NCBI GenBank assembly: GCA_013166835.1
Contig: JABLTI010000002.1
Span: forward strand, 22,911-86,910
Source: Promethearchaeati archaeon
GTDB taxonomy: Archaea; Asgardarchaeota; Heimdallarchaeia; JABLTI01
DNA: 64,000 bases
Direction of reading: 5' to 3'
Below are positions 20,394-29,067 of this stretch, in pieces. Position 1 is the first letter of the stretch. The number at the start of each line of letters is the position of its first letter. A program made the translations under genes and the position numbers. Below the pieces are notes generated by a model that ran no database searches, was not told the origin of the DNA, and worked only from the letters and a program-made list of their open reading frames with translations.

Positions 20394-21263
20394 CTAGCTA
20401 AAACCTAACCATAATCCTGAGAAAAATGTCACTAATTCCATTCGAAACACATAGCAAATCCCTGCAATCAAACTAAGAACTAAAATTGTAATGAAGATAT
20501 CAAAAAGACCAAATTTTAATTTCCGGTAATAGGTGCGTTTTCTCCTGGAATTGAATCCACGAGACTCTAAAGCAATTGCTTGATATTTTGATTTCTCAAT
20601 AAAATTCATCAGAATTGATGTAGCGAGAATCTTGAAATTCTTTAATCTAGAGATAATATTTCCTCTATTAATACTAACTCCTCTGGTTTCCAAAGAAAGT
20701 CTTATTTCTGTGGCCTCTGAAATTACTAAAGGTAAGAAATAAATAACAAGCCCAGTCGTAAAAGCAATTTCAAATGGGAACCCAATTTTTGTCAATGACT
20801 GTAAATAATCATTTGAATTCGTTGTTAAACTGAACAAACTGGAACCAACTGCCAAGTTTAGTATTCTTAGACATGAGTTTGATGCAAATATTAGCGCATT
20901 AACACTAATTGAAATTGTCCTATCATTTATTGTCATATGGGATGAAAAACCAAAGTCCAAAGGGATAACAATAAAATTGCCTGTAAGACTATCCCAGGCT
21001 AGTAATTGAATGATAAAAATAGTTGGAATTAACCAAAAAGTTGGCTTTACGTATCTTATTATTTTCCTAATATCTACTCGAGAGATTATTACTAAGATTA
21101 GCATAATATTGAGCAGAAACAGCAGTAAGTACATATTTTCAATCATAAATGAAAAGACTGATACTGCGAAAAGCATAAGCAATTTAGTTCTAGGGTCAAG
21201 TGTAAGAGTTTTTCTAGTTTGAACTCTTGAAGAACTTTGAATGAAAGCCAATTTATTATTCAA
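20394..21263 (-). CDS. ecfT: ECF transporter transmembrane component EcfT (second copy)
   Basis: LDPRTKL, FLP, LETRG, ALESRGF. Confidence 0.9.
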   Translation of the reverse strand: MNNKLAFIQSSSRVQTRKTLTLDPRTKLLMLFAVSVFSFMIENMYLLLFLLNIMLILVIISRVDIRKIIRYVKPTFWLIPTIFIIQLLAWDSLTGNFIVIPLDFGFSSHMTINDRTISISVNALIFASNSCLRILNLAVGSSLFSLTTNSNDYLQSLTKIGFPFEIAFTTGLVIYFLPLVISEATEIRLSLETRGVSINRGNIISRLKNFKILATSILMNFIEKSKYQAIALESRGFNSRRKRTYYRKLKFGLFDIFITILVLSLIAGICYVFRMELVTFFSGLWLGFS

Positions 21264-21311
21264 CCAAACAATCAGTATTAAATTAATAGAATCGAAGATG
21301 AACTTCGATTT

Positions 21312-21869
21312 CTATTCGAAATACATTTCTATTGTGTTTTTCACACATCTTTGACCATTGAAATCAAATTCATCATAATTTGGGACTATTAACCATAGGT
21401 AACCGTTACCACCATCGTCAAAGCTATCGAGATATTGATTGTTTTGCATATATGCTAAGATGTATGTATTGTTGTTTTGTATTTCAGCTATTGGAAATGT
21501 CCATTGATAATCATCTACTGCAATGAAAGTAACATTTTCTGCACTAGGATCAATAGTAATCTCATCTTGGAAGAGATTCGCTAAAATAGCTCCTTGAAAA
21601 AGATAAATTGTATTTGTTTTGGCTCTTACTTCATATTCAGCTTTATACGCAGGCATGTTGAGGATTTCACTCATAGTTATGGTGGTATTTCCACCTTGAA
21701 CATTGCCATTTATATTAAGAGTCCACCCTGGATCTGGATGCAAATTTGATTTAACACCAAACCAGATACCAATTCCCGTTCCCACAATAATCATTGAACT
21801 AATGACTATAACTGCAATCATTACTCCAACTTTCTTTGTACTTGCTACCATTATTCTTTCCAAACTCAC
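21312..21869 (-). CDS. Membrane-anchored sulfite-oxidase-fold (molybdopterin-binding domain) protein lacking the catalytic Cys
   Basis: N-terminal TM; WTLNINGNV, EILNMP, FQGA.L..L, AVDDY, ILAYMQN, LWLIVP and CVKN motifs; paralog of 19076..19603; probable ATG start at 21851. Confidence 0.8.
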   Translation of the reverse strand: MSLERIMVASTKKVGVMIAVIVISSMIIVGTGIGIWFGVKSNLHPDPGWTLNINGNVQGGNTTITMSEILNMPAYKAEYEVRAKTNTIYLFQGAILANLFQDEITIDPSAENVTFIAVDDYQWTFPIAEIQNNNTYILAYMQNNQYLDSFDDGGNGYLWLIVPNYDEFDFNGQRCVKNTIEMYFE

Positions 21870-21913
21870 ATTTTTTTTTCTCTTTCATTAGTTGTTCTTA
21901 CTAATTAAGAGAT

Positions 21914-21941
21914 ATCGTTATGTTTGAACGAACATTTCGAT
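21914..21941. promoter_or_regulatory. ModE-type operator
   Basis: ATCG-T-TATGTT-N6-AACATT-T-CGAT has the same 28-bp geometry as the ModE consensus ATCGNTATATA-N6-TATATANCGAT. It lies just downstream of a minus-strand BRE/TATA-like GAAAAGTTTTTTTA, upstream of the Mo-related operon. Confidence 0.7.
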
Positions 21942-22049
21942 AAAAAAACTTTTCTTAAGATAGAAGAAATATAAAAGTCCTATAAGGCAAAATATTAAAC
22001 CTCAAAAGAAGAATTTAATACAAGTAACAGCTCAAATATATCGTAGAAA

Positions 22050-23390
22050 TTGCTTAAGTTGGAGAAGAATAGCTTGATAAAAAGAGTGTTAATTATAAAA
22101 AATAATCTCCCATTAGTCTATAGAAATTATGAACCTGGTGCAGATCAAAGTCTAGGAACCTCTTTTGGGGATTATCAATCATTAGTAGAGTCAATTGCAA
22201 GTAAAGCTATACATGGTCAACAGAGAGAAGAAATTTCAGGAAATAATAAATTAGTGTATGAATTAGATGAATCGATTCTTTTCCTTGTTAGTACTGATAC
22301 AAATGAAGTTGGTGTAATTGAAATCCTCATTCCAGAGCTTAAAAACCTCTTTTTCGCAGTATTTCCCAAAGATTATGTTTTAGGGTGGACTGGAGATGAT
22401 ACCTCTGTTTTCAAAGGATTTGATTCCAAATTAGATCAATTAAGAAGTGCTTTTGAAAATAGAATTATGACGAAACCAGGGAGTAGAAGAATTATAGATA
22501 CACTAAGTGTTATGGAGTTACCTCAAAGATTACAAAAAACAGCCTTAAAAATCCTTGATGCAAAAATAGCTTCCTTTGAGGAAATCATTGAAACAACAAA
22601 TGTTTCACCTCAAGAAGCAGTTGCAAATATACAAGAAATTCTGAATGCTGGATTTCTTTACACGACAAAGATAGGTAATAAGGTATTTTATTCAGTTAAA
22701 TCCTTTGGTGAAGCAGCTCCCTTAGTAGCACCACCAAGTATTGCTCCAAGTGTAACACCAACAGCTCCTATTGAACCTGTTCAAGCAACAACGGCTTCTG
22801 ATGCCACGATAGGAGTTGAGGTGACAAAGCGAGATGTTAACAAAGGTAATATGCCTTTCTTAATGAAGCAATTCAAGAAGGAATTGGATAAAGTCTTTAA
22901 TACAATCATAAATGGGGAATTGCTTCTCATTGTGCTCGATCCGGAAACTGATAAGAACCAAGTTTTGTTAAATATGATTTTGGATACTTTCCAATGTTTT
23001 GTCCCTGAACGTGAATTACGTATTGTGAATTTTGCTAATGATTTCATTCACCCTAGAGATGCCGATATTATTCGTATAGATAGAAACCTGATACAATTTT
23101 ACTCAAATGAAACATTGCTAGATATGGATAGCAAGAAAATCATAAATGGTGATAATTCCATTTATTTAGCAGACATAATAAAAGAAATGTTGAAATTGAA
23201 ACATCATTCAGAATGTGTTTCTCTTCTAATAAATCGTGTCGCTCTCATAGAGAAACTTGCTCAAGATTGGGCTAAAATAAAGAAGTTAAATCTTCCATCT
23301 GAAGATTTCATAACAAATGTGAGAACAAAACATAATCCAGCAATCATTGAAGTTATGGATAATGTTGCTGTTAATCTCTTTATGGACTAA
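22050..23390 (+). CDS. Longin-like + winged-helix + DENN-like multidomain protein
   Basis: N-terminal beta-beta-alpha-beta3-alpha-alpha longin pattern ending 'F.GFDSKLD'; central wHTH (IQEILNAGFL); Pro/Ala/Thr linker; C-terminal 'VFNTIING..LLIV...LDMDSKKI' DENN-core-like pattern. Confidence 0.6.
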   Translation: MLKLEKNSLIKRVLIIKNNLPLVYRNYEPGADQSLGTSFGDYQSLVESIASKAIHGQQREEISGNNKLVYELDESILFLVSTDTNEVGVIEILIPELKNLFFAVFPKDYVLGWTGDDTSVFKGFDSKLDQLRSAFENRIMTKPGSRRIIDTLSVMELPQRLQKTALKILDAKIASFEEIIETTNVSPQEAVANIQEILNAGFLYTTKIGNKVFYSVKSFGEAAPLVAPPSIAPSVTPTAPIEPVQATTASDATIGVEVTKRDVNKGNMPFLMKQFKKELDKVFNTIINGELLLIVLDPETDKNQVLLNMILDTFQCFVPERELRIVNFANDFIHPRDADIIRIDRNLIQFYSNETLLDMDSKKIINGDNSIYLADIIKEMLKLKHHSECVSLLINRVALIEKLAQDWAKIKKLNLPSEDFITNVRTKHNPAIIEVMDNVAVNLFMD

Positions 23391-23577
23391 TAGTTCACTT
23401 AAGAACTATTATCGTCTATTTTTATTTTTTTCATCTAATTTTCAGCTAATTGTGCACTATGTGCTTTAATGCTAAAAGTTATAATTAATAGTGAAGAATC
23501 ATAATATTAGTTGAAAAGGTAAATATCGAAATCTTTTTCACAGAATGAGGATTTAATCATAATTAAGGTGTTGAAAT

Positions 23578-24324
23578 ATGACTGATATTTCAGAAGTTTT
23601 GTCAGCTCTGAAACGTGGGGATTTAACCGTTGAAGAAGTCCTGAAAGAGCTGAACGATTTGTTAACAACTGTTAAGAAAGGTATAGATGAACTCAAACAA
23701 CCAATAGAGAATCTAGTTGAGTTTGAAAAAAGACAGAGTGATGAAATATTACAATTTGAATCAGGCAATTTGTCATTGTCACAAGAAATAGCTTCACTAA
23801 CTGAAGAAAAAGCTACTAGTGAAAATTCACTTCAAAGAACTCAAGAAGAGTATACTGAGACAACAGAAAAAAGGGTGAAACTTGAGACAAAGGTCAGAGA
23901 GTTATCAACAGAATTGTCTAACACAAAGAAAAGGTTAGAAGCAGCAAATGCAGAACTAGCTGTTGAAACTGAAACTAATCAGAAAATAGTAGCTGAATTA
24001 AGTACTATTGTTGAATCTGCCGAACAAAAAGTTTTAGGAATTGAAAATCAAGCAGAAAAGGAAAGAGATATCATACGAAAATCAAAAGGTGAACGTATGG
24101 CTCTTGAATTTTTGATAAAGAAAAACCACATTGAATTCAATGAAATTAAGGTTATCAACTCATTAGATGGTAGAACTAATACTGATATGGCAACTATCTC
24201 AAAAATTACTGGTTTATCTGAAGCTTTAATATCAAAAACTCTACAAGGTTTAGAAAAAAGAAATTTGATTTCCTATGATGGCTCAACAGGAGCTATAACC
24301 GTGACAGGGAGTATGAAACTTTAG
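23578..24324 (+). CDS. Long coiled-coil protein with C-terminal winged helix
   Basis: About 170 aa of heptad-rich helix, then ISKITGLSEALISKTLQGLEKRNLISYD. Confidence 0.75.
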   Translation: MTDISEVLSALKRGDLTVEEVLKELNDLLTTVKKGIDELKQPIENLVEFEKRQSDEILQFESGNLSLSQEIASLTEEKATSENSLQRTQEEYTETTEKRVKLETKVRELSTELSNTKKRLEAANAELAVETETNQKIVAELSTIVESAEQKVLGIENQAEKERDIIRKSKGERMALEFLIKKNHIEFNEIKVINSLDGRTNTDMATISKITGLSEALISKTLQGLEKRNLISYDGSTGAITVTGSMKL

Positions 24325-24335
24325 GAGGGAAAAAA

Positions 24336-25085
24336 ATGACTGATTTTGTAAATATCCGAAGAAACATAATCGCTGAAAAAGAACGACTTGAGAGATTAGC
24401 AACTAGCTCAAATCAGAAAATAGCTGATACTGTTAATGAACTTCAGAATGCAGTGGAATTCTTAGATAAAACTGAAGCCACTTTTAAAGAAATGTCTCAA
24501 AATCTTGCTGATCGTAAGAGAGATGAAATTAATAGCAAAGATCAAAGGAAAGAATTGCTTTCAATTATTGACACATTGAAAGAAAATATAGAAAGAACGC
24601 GAATTTCAATCAAAGATGAAGAAGAAAAAAATGACTCACATGAAAAAGAAATCTCACAACTATCAATAGATCTTAGCAACACCCAGAATGAACTCTCATC
24701 TACTCAACACAAAATTACAAACATAAAAGAAAATAATGCTCTAAAAACTCAAGAGAAAACTGATGTAACAGCTAGATTGGAAAACCAGTTGACTGAAGCT
24801 CAAAGAATTCTAACTAATCTTTCTGAGGAAAAAGAGAAAGAGGTACAACTAAGCCCTATTTTAGATTTCCTTTTGAAAGAAGTAAGAATAGACATTCCTG
24901 AAGTAGAGATATTATCCGTTTTAGCCTATCGAAATCAAGCAATGGGATTGGATGAACTAAAACAAGCGGTTTCAAAAACACCTCCAGTTATTATCTTAAA
25001 AGTAATAAGAAGCCTTGATAGTAAGGGTGTCATCAAATATGATGAGAGATTAGACACTATAGAGCTAACAGCTAATTTAGTTTAG
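24336..25085 (+). CDS. Long coiled-coil protein with C-terminal winged helix (paralog of the preceding gene)
   Basis: Same length and architecture; LDFLLKE vs LEFLIKK junction; IILKVIRSLDSKGVIKYD. Confidence 0.75.
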   Translation: MTDFVNIRRNIIAEKERLERLATSSNQKIADTVNELQNAVEFLDKTEATFKEMSQNLADRKRDEINSKDQRKELLSIIDTLKENIERTRISIKDEEEKNDSHEKEISQLSIDLSNTQNELSSTQHKITNIKENNALKTQEKTDVTARLENQLTEAQRILTNLSEEKEKEVQLSPILDFLLKEVRIDIPEVEILSVLAYRNQAMGLDELKQAVSKTPPVIILKVIRSLDSKGVIKYDERLDTIELTANLV

Positions 25086-25246
25086 GATTGGATTCGACAA
25101 AAATTGAATCCCTTTTTTTATCTTATGATTCAAAATATGACAACAAACTTGATACATTAGATGGATTTATTAATATAATTCATGAATATGATTTCGTAGT
25201 AAAATATTGACAAAAAACTAATTCATCATTGAAGAGGAAGATTTGT

Positions 25247-25786
25247 GTGAGCTTCTTACAAAGACTATTCCGGCAAAAAAAACAATTCAAAATTGCAGTC
25301 GTAGGATTAGATTCTGCTGGAAAAACTACAATGTTAAATTTCTTACGTTTTGAAAAAAACATTGAAACATTGCCTACAATTGGTGTAAATGTTGAAGTTC
25401 TGAAAAGAGAAAATGTTAACTTGAGTATTTTTGATCTCGGTGGACAAATGCATTTTCGAAGTCTTTGGGGAACATTAATGCGAGGGGCAAGTGCGATTAT
25501 TTTTGTGGTTGATTCCGCAGATAGTGATCGATTAGAAGAAGCGAAAACTGAATTATGGAAAGTATTACTTGATCCTCAATATCCTGATGCTCCACTTCTT
25601 ATTGTAGCGAATAAACAAGATAAAGTAGGAGCAATGCCTGTTGAGGAGATTGTTCGAGCCTGTAATCTAGATGACCCAGTAAAAATGGGTAGACGTAGCT
25701 GGCATATTCAACCAACAGTAGCAACTACTGGACAAGGTGTTGAAGAAGCGATTAAATGGATCGTAATAGAATTAGACAAATTATGA
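25247..25786 (+). CDS. Arf/Arl-family small GTPase
   Basis: GLDSAGKTT, TLPTIGVNVE, FDLGGQ..FRSLW, FVVDS, ANKQD, ATTGQG; N-terminal amphipathic helix MSFLQRLF if the GTG at 25247 is the start. Confidence 0.92.
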   Translation: MSFLQRLFRQKKQFKIAVVGLDSAGKTTMLNFLRFEKNIETLPTIGVNVEVLKRENVNLSIFDLGGQMHFRSLWGTLMRGASAIIFVVDSADSDRLEEAKTELWKVLLDPQYPDAPLLIVANKQDKVGAMPVEEIVRACNLDDPVKMGRRSWHIQPTVATTGQGVEEAIKWIVIELDKL

Positions 25787-25805
25787 TAGTTGGGGGTATT
25801 GTTGA

Positions 25806-26105
25806 ATGGTAGAAATCTCAAGACCTATGATCCTTCGGATTGGAACACCGAAAGTTGAAAAAGATATCAAAAAAGTACATAAATTGCTAATTAGTGCAGG
25901 ATACCAGAAAATTGAGGAAGGAAAATATGCACATAATGCAGAACCTACACTTTCAGCATTGCTACACTTAGATACGATTAAGGATCAAGAAGGAAATCCT
26001 TTGGAAGAAGTTATAGAATTAATTCTTTCAGATGCTGATAGTTATGTCAATCAAACAATTTATAATGCGTTGGCAACTGTTTTTCCACTAGAATTAACAA
26101 AATAA
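25806..26105 (+). CDS. Small hypothetical protein downstream of the Arf-like GTPase
   Basis: 99-aa ORF 19 bp after the GTPase with a GGGGG RBS-like site. Confidence 0.6.
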   Translation: MVEISRPMILRIGTPKVEKDIKKVHKLLISAGYQKIEEGKYAHNAEPTLSALLHLDTIKDQEGNPLEEVIELILSDADSYVNQTIYNALATVFPLELTK

Positions 26106-26230
26106 CCAAATAATTGTTCTTTTCTACTGGACTTATCATTTATTCTTTTATTTCAAGCAGAATTTTTTAAACCGAATAGTGGAAACTGAATATAGAGATG
26201 CAGTAAAACACAATTAAGGTCTAAGATAAA

Positions 26231-27244
26231 ATGCCAGAAGAGGATTTCATAATCTCATTAGGTATCGAGAGCACCGCACATACATTAGGTATAGGTATAA
26301 TTGATTCTACAGGGAAGGAATACAGTGATGTAAAATCCTCCTATATGCCCCCGTTTGGTGAGGGAATTCATCCTCGAGAGGCTGCGAGACACCATAGTAA
26401 TAAGGCATCATCTCTGATCGAAGAGGCTCTGAAAGAAGCAAAACTCAAACCAATGGATTTAACATTAATATCATTCTCAAGAGGTCCTGGAATGGGTCCA
26501 TGTTTGAGAACAGGAGCAGTGATTGCTCGATCTCTCTCTGGCTTCTATAACATTCCATTAGTTGGAGTAAATCATGTAGTTAGCCATATAGAAATTGGAA
26601 AAATATTAACAAAAGCAAAAGATCCTGTAATTCTTATGGTGAGTGGAGGAACTACACAAATTTCATCACTTGTTGATGATCACTATACAATTTTCGGAGA
26701 AACCCTGGATATTTCAATAGGCAATTGCTTCGATAAATTCTCTCGAGAAGTAGGAATACATGACCCTAATAATCCGTGGCCAGGACCTGTATTTGATAAA
26801 ATCGCTGCAAAAGGAAAAGAGTATTTTGAACTTCCCTATAGTGTGAAAGGTATGAGCGTAAGTTTCTCTGGATTATTAACTGCTGCAATACGCCTTGTTA
26901 AAGAAGAGGCTATATCAATAGAAAATGCTGCTTACAGCTTACAAGAAACAGCTCTCTCAATGCTAACAGAGATAGCTGAAAGAGCTATAGCCCATACTAG
27001 AGCAAAGGAATTATTAGTAGTAGGAGGATTCGCTCGAAATAAAAGATTTCAATCAATGCTTCAAGAAATCTGTGATGATTGGAATTTGAAAATGCTTGTT
27101 TGCCCGTATAGATATGCAAGTGATAATGGAACAATGATAGCTTGGGGAGGAATTTTACAATATAAAGCAGCTGGCAGTCTTAAACCAGAAGAATCTTTAG
27201 TTTTACCTGATTGGAGAAGTGATGAGGTAAAAATCATCTGGTAA
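26231..27244 (+). CDS. kae1: tRNA N6-threonylcarbamoyladenosine synthase Kae1
   Basis: LGIESTAHT, GIHPREAA.HH, GPGMGPCLR, VNHVVSHIEIG, VSGG.TQ, GETLDIS.GN..D, DNG.MIAW. Confidence 0.96.
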   Translation: MPEEDFIISLGIESTAHTLGIGIIDSTGKEYSDVKSSYMPPFGEGIHPREAARHHSNKASSLIEEALKEAKLKPMDLTLISFSRGPGMGPCLRTGAVIARSLSGFYNIPLVGVNHVVSHIEIGKILTKAKDPVILMVSGGTTQISSLVDDHYTIFGETLDISIGNCFDKFSREVGIHDPNNPWPGPVFDKIAAKGKEYFELPYSVKGMSVSFSGLLTAAIRLVKEEAISIENAAYSLQETALSMLTEIAERAIAHTRAKELLVVGGFARNKRFQSMLQEICDDWNLKMLVCPYRYASDNGTMIAWGGILQYKAAGSLKPEESLVLPDWRSDEVKIIW

Positions 27245-27273
27245 AAACTAAGTTTCAAATTTAATAATCATGA

Positions 27274-27951
27274 GTGGTTGAAATGATAATTAAAGTAGAC
27301 ATTCGCAAACCAAAGAAAGAGACAATTGAAAAAGCTGTAAAGATACTGAAGAAAGGAGGTATCATAGTTTATCCTACTGAAACAGCTTATGGTTTAGGAT
27401 GTGACAGTTTCAATGTTCAAGCGATTAAGAAAATTTATGAAATTAAATCAAGACCACTAGATCAACCTCTTTCAGTAATAGTAGATAGTCTAAAAATGAT
27501 TGAAAGAATAGCTTTTATGCAAGAAAATGCAAAGCTTCTGATTGAAAAATTCCATCCTGGTCCTTTAGTGATTGCTCTAAAAAAGAAAAGTCTTGTCCCT
27601 GATGTTTTAAATAAAGATAGAATTGCTTTTCGTATTTCAAATAATGAATTTGTTCAGAACATTGTAAGAAATTTAGGAAAACCAATTGTGTCAACAAGTG
27701 CAAATCAAACTGGCTTTAATTCTCCATATTCAATTGATGATGTTTTGGAATCAATAGCTGAAAAGGCTGTTGATTTGATTTTTGATGCAGGATCCTTAGA
27801 AAAAAACAAACCATCAACTATTATAGATTTCGTCATGCAATCTTCCCCTCAGATAATAAGAGTTGGAGCAATATCTGCAAAAGAAATTTTTCAAACATTA
27901 AAAATAAAAGAAGAATGCTGGGATCAACATCTAACACTCACAAAAGAATGA
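27274..27951 (+). CDS. sua5: L-threonylcarbamoyladenylate synthase (YrdC/Sua5 domain)
   Basis: YPTETAYGLG, K.RP..QPL, PGPL, STSAN, PSTII; adjacent to kae1. Confidence 0.92.
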   Translation: MVEMIIKVDIRKPKKETIEKAVKILKKGGIIVYPTETAYGLGCDSFNVQAIKKIYEIKSRPLDQPLSVIVDSLKMIERIAFMQENAKLLIEKFHPGPLVIALKKKSLVPDVLNKDRIAFRISNNEFVQNIVRNLGKPIVSTSANQTGFNSPYSIDDVLESIAEKAVDLIFDAGSLEKNKPSTIIDFVMQSSPQIIRVGAISAKEIFQTLKIKEECWDQHLTLTKE

Positions 27952-27967
27952 TCTAACAATTGTCCTA

Positions 27968-28951
27968 TTACTTCTTTGCTTTGTCAGAAATTCCTTTTTC
28001 AGTGACGAAGAATACACATTCTCTATCAGGTAATCGTGAGGAATCATACATTCTAGCAATACGAGCTTGATCTCTACCTTTACGCAAAAGTATTCTTTGA
28101 TGTGGTCGGTGCGCCCAAGCAAAACCAAGCGCAGGATGCGGTGATTTGTCAAAAAGACTATCATCCATGGTAGCAATTACTTGATTTGTTACTACAATAG
28201 CTATATCAAACCTCTCTATCAATTGCTTCATTGTTTCAGCTAAGCGCATAACAGCTTGTTGTCTCGAAACCAATCTATCTTCGCCAACATATTCTGCTCG
28301 AAAATGAGATGCTATTGAATCAATTATGAATAATTTGATATTCCTTTCTTTAATTATCTTTTCAACATTCATTATTAGGAAGGTTAAATGATCAGAATTG
28401 TATGTTCTTGTTACAGCAATGTTATTAAGAAATTTAAGTGGCTTTAAACCATTGCTCTGAGCAATTTGTACTATTCTTGTAGAAGAAAATGTTCCTTCAG
28501 TATCAATATAATATACTCCTCCCTCTAAACCTCCTTGTTCTGGAGGTAATTGAACATTTATACATAATTGGAAACATAGTTGGGTTTTCCCAGTAGCAAA
28601 TTCACCAGATACTTCAGTTATTTCTCCTGTGAAAATACCTCCTCCAAGGAGGTTATCTAATTCTGTTGAACCAGTTGAGATCTTTAGACGCTTCTCTTCC
28701 TTTACCAATAAATCTGCAGCAGAAATAGGTTTTTGATCTATCTTAGAAATTGCTTCAGTTATTATTTTCTTAGCAATTTCAAGGTCAATCTTGATTTTTT
28801 CAGATAATTCTTCAGGAGTTAACCAACTAAGAGATTCAACTGTTGAAAATCCTGCAGATTCTAATTTGTCAAGAAGCTCTTTTGTTACTGATTGTAAATC
28901 TTCTAAGTTCTTCTGAAACAAATCCAAACACCTAATAGCTCTTTTTCCCAC
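27968..28951 (-). CDS. RadA/Rad51-family recombinase paralog
   Basis: N-terminal HhH domain, ISTGSTELD.LLGGG, GEFATGKTQ, YIDTEGTF, IIDSIASHFRAEY, VTNQV; divergent FxxA and L2 motifs. Confidence 0.88.
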   Translation of the reverse strand: MGKRAIRCLDLFQKNLEDLQSVTKELLDKLESAGFSTVESLSWLTPEELSEKIKIDLEIAKKIITEAISKIDQKPISAADLLVKEEKRLKISTGSTELDNLLGGGIFTGEITEVSGEFATGKTQLCFQLCINVQLPPEQGGLEGGVYYIDTEGTFSSTRIVQIAQSNGLKPLKFLNNIAVTRTYNSDHLTFLIMNVEKIIKERNIKLFIIDSIASHFRAEYVGEDRLVSRQQAVMRLAETMKQLIERFDIAIVVTNQVIATMDDSLFDKSPHPALGFAWAHRPHQRILLRKGRDQARIARMYDSSRLPDRECVFFVTEKGISDKAKK

Positions 28952-29067
28952 ACTAGTGTTTTTTTATAGGAAATATCTTCTTAATAACTATTTGTGATAT
29001 GAGGTATAAAATCCCATCTCATACCCTCTAGGTTAAGAAAGTTGATTATCACCATTGATATTCGCTA

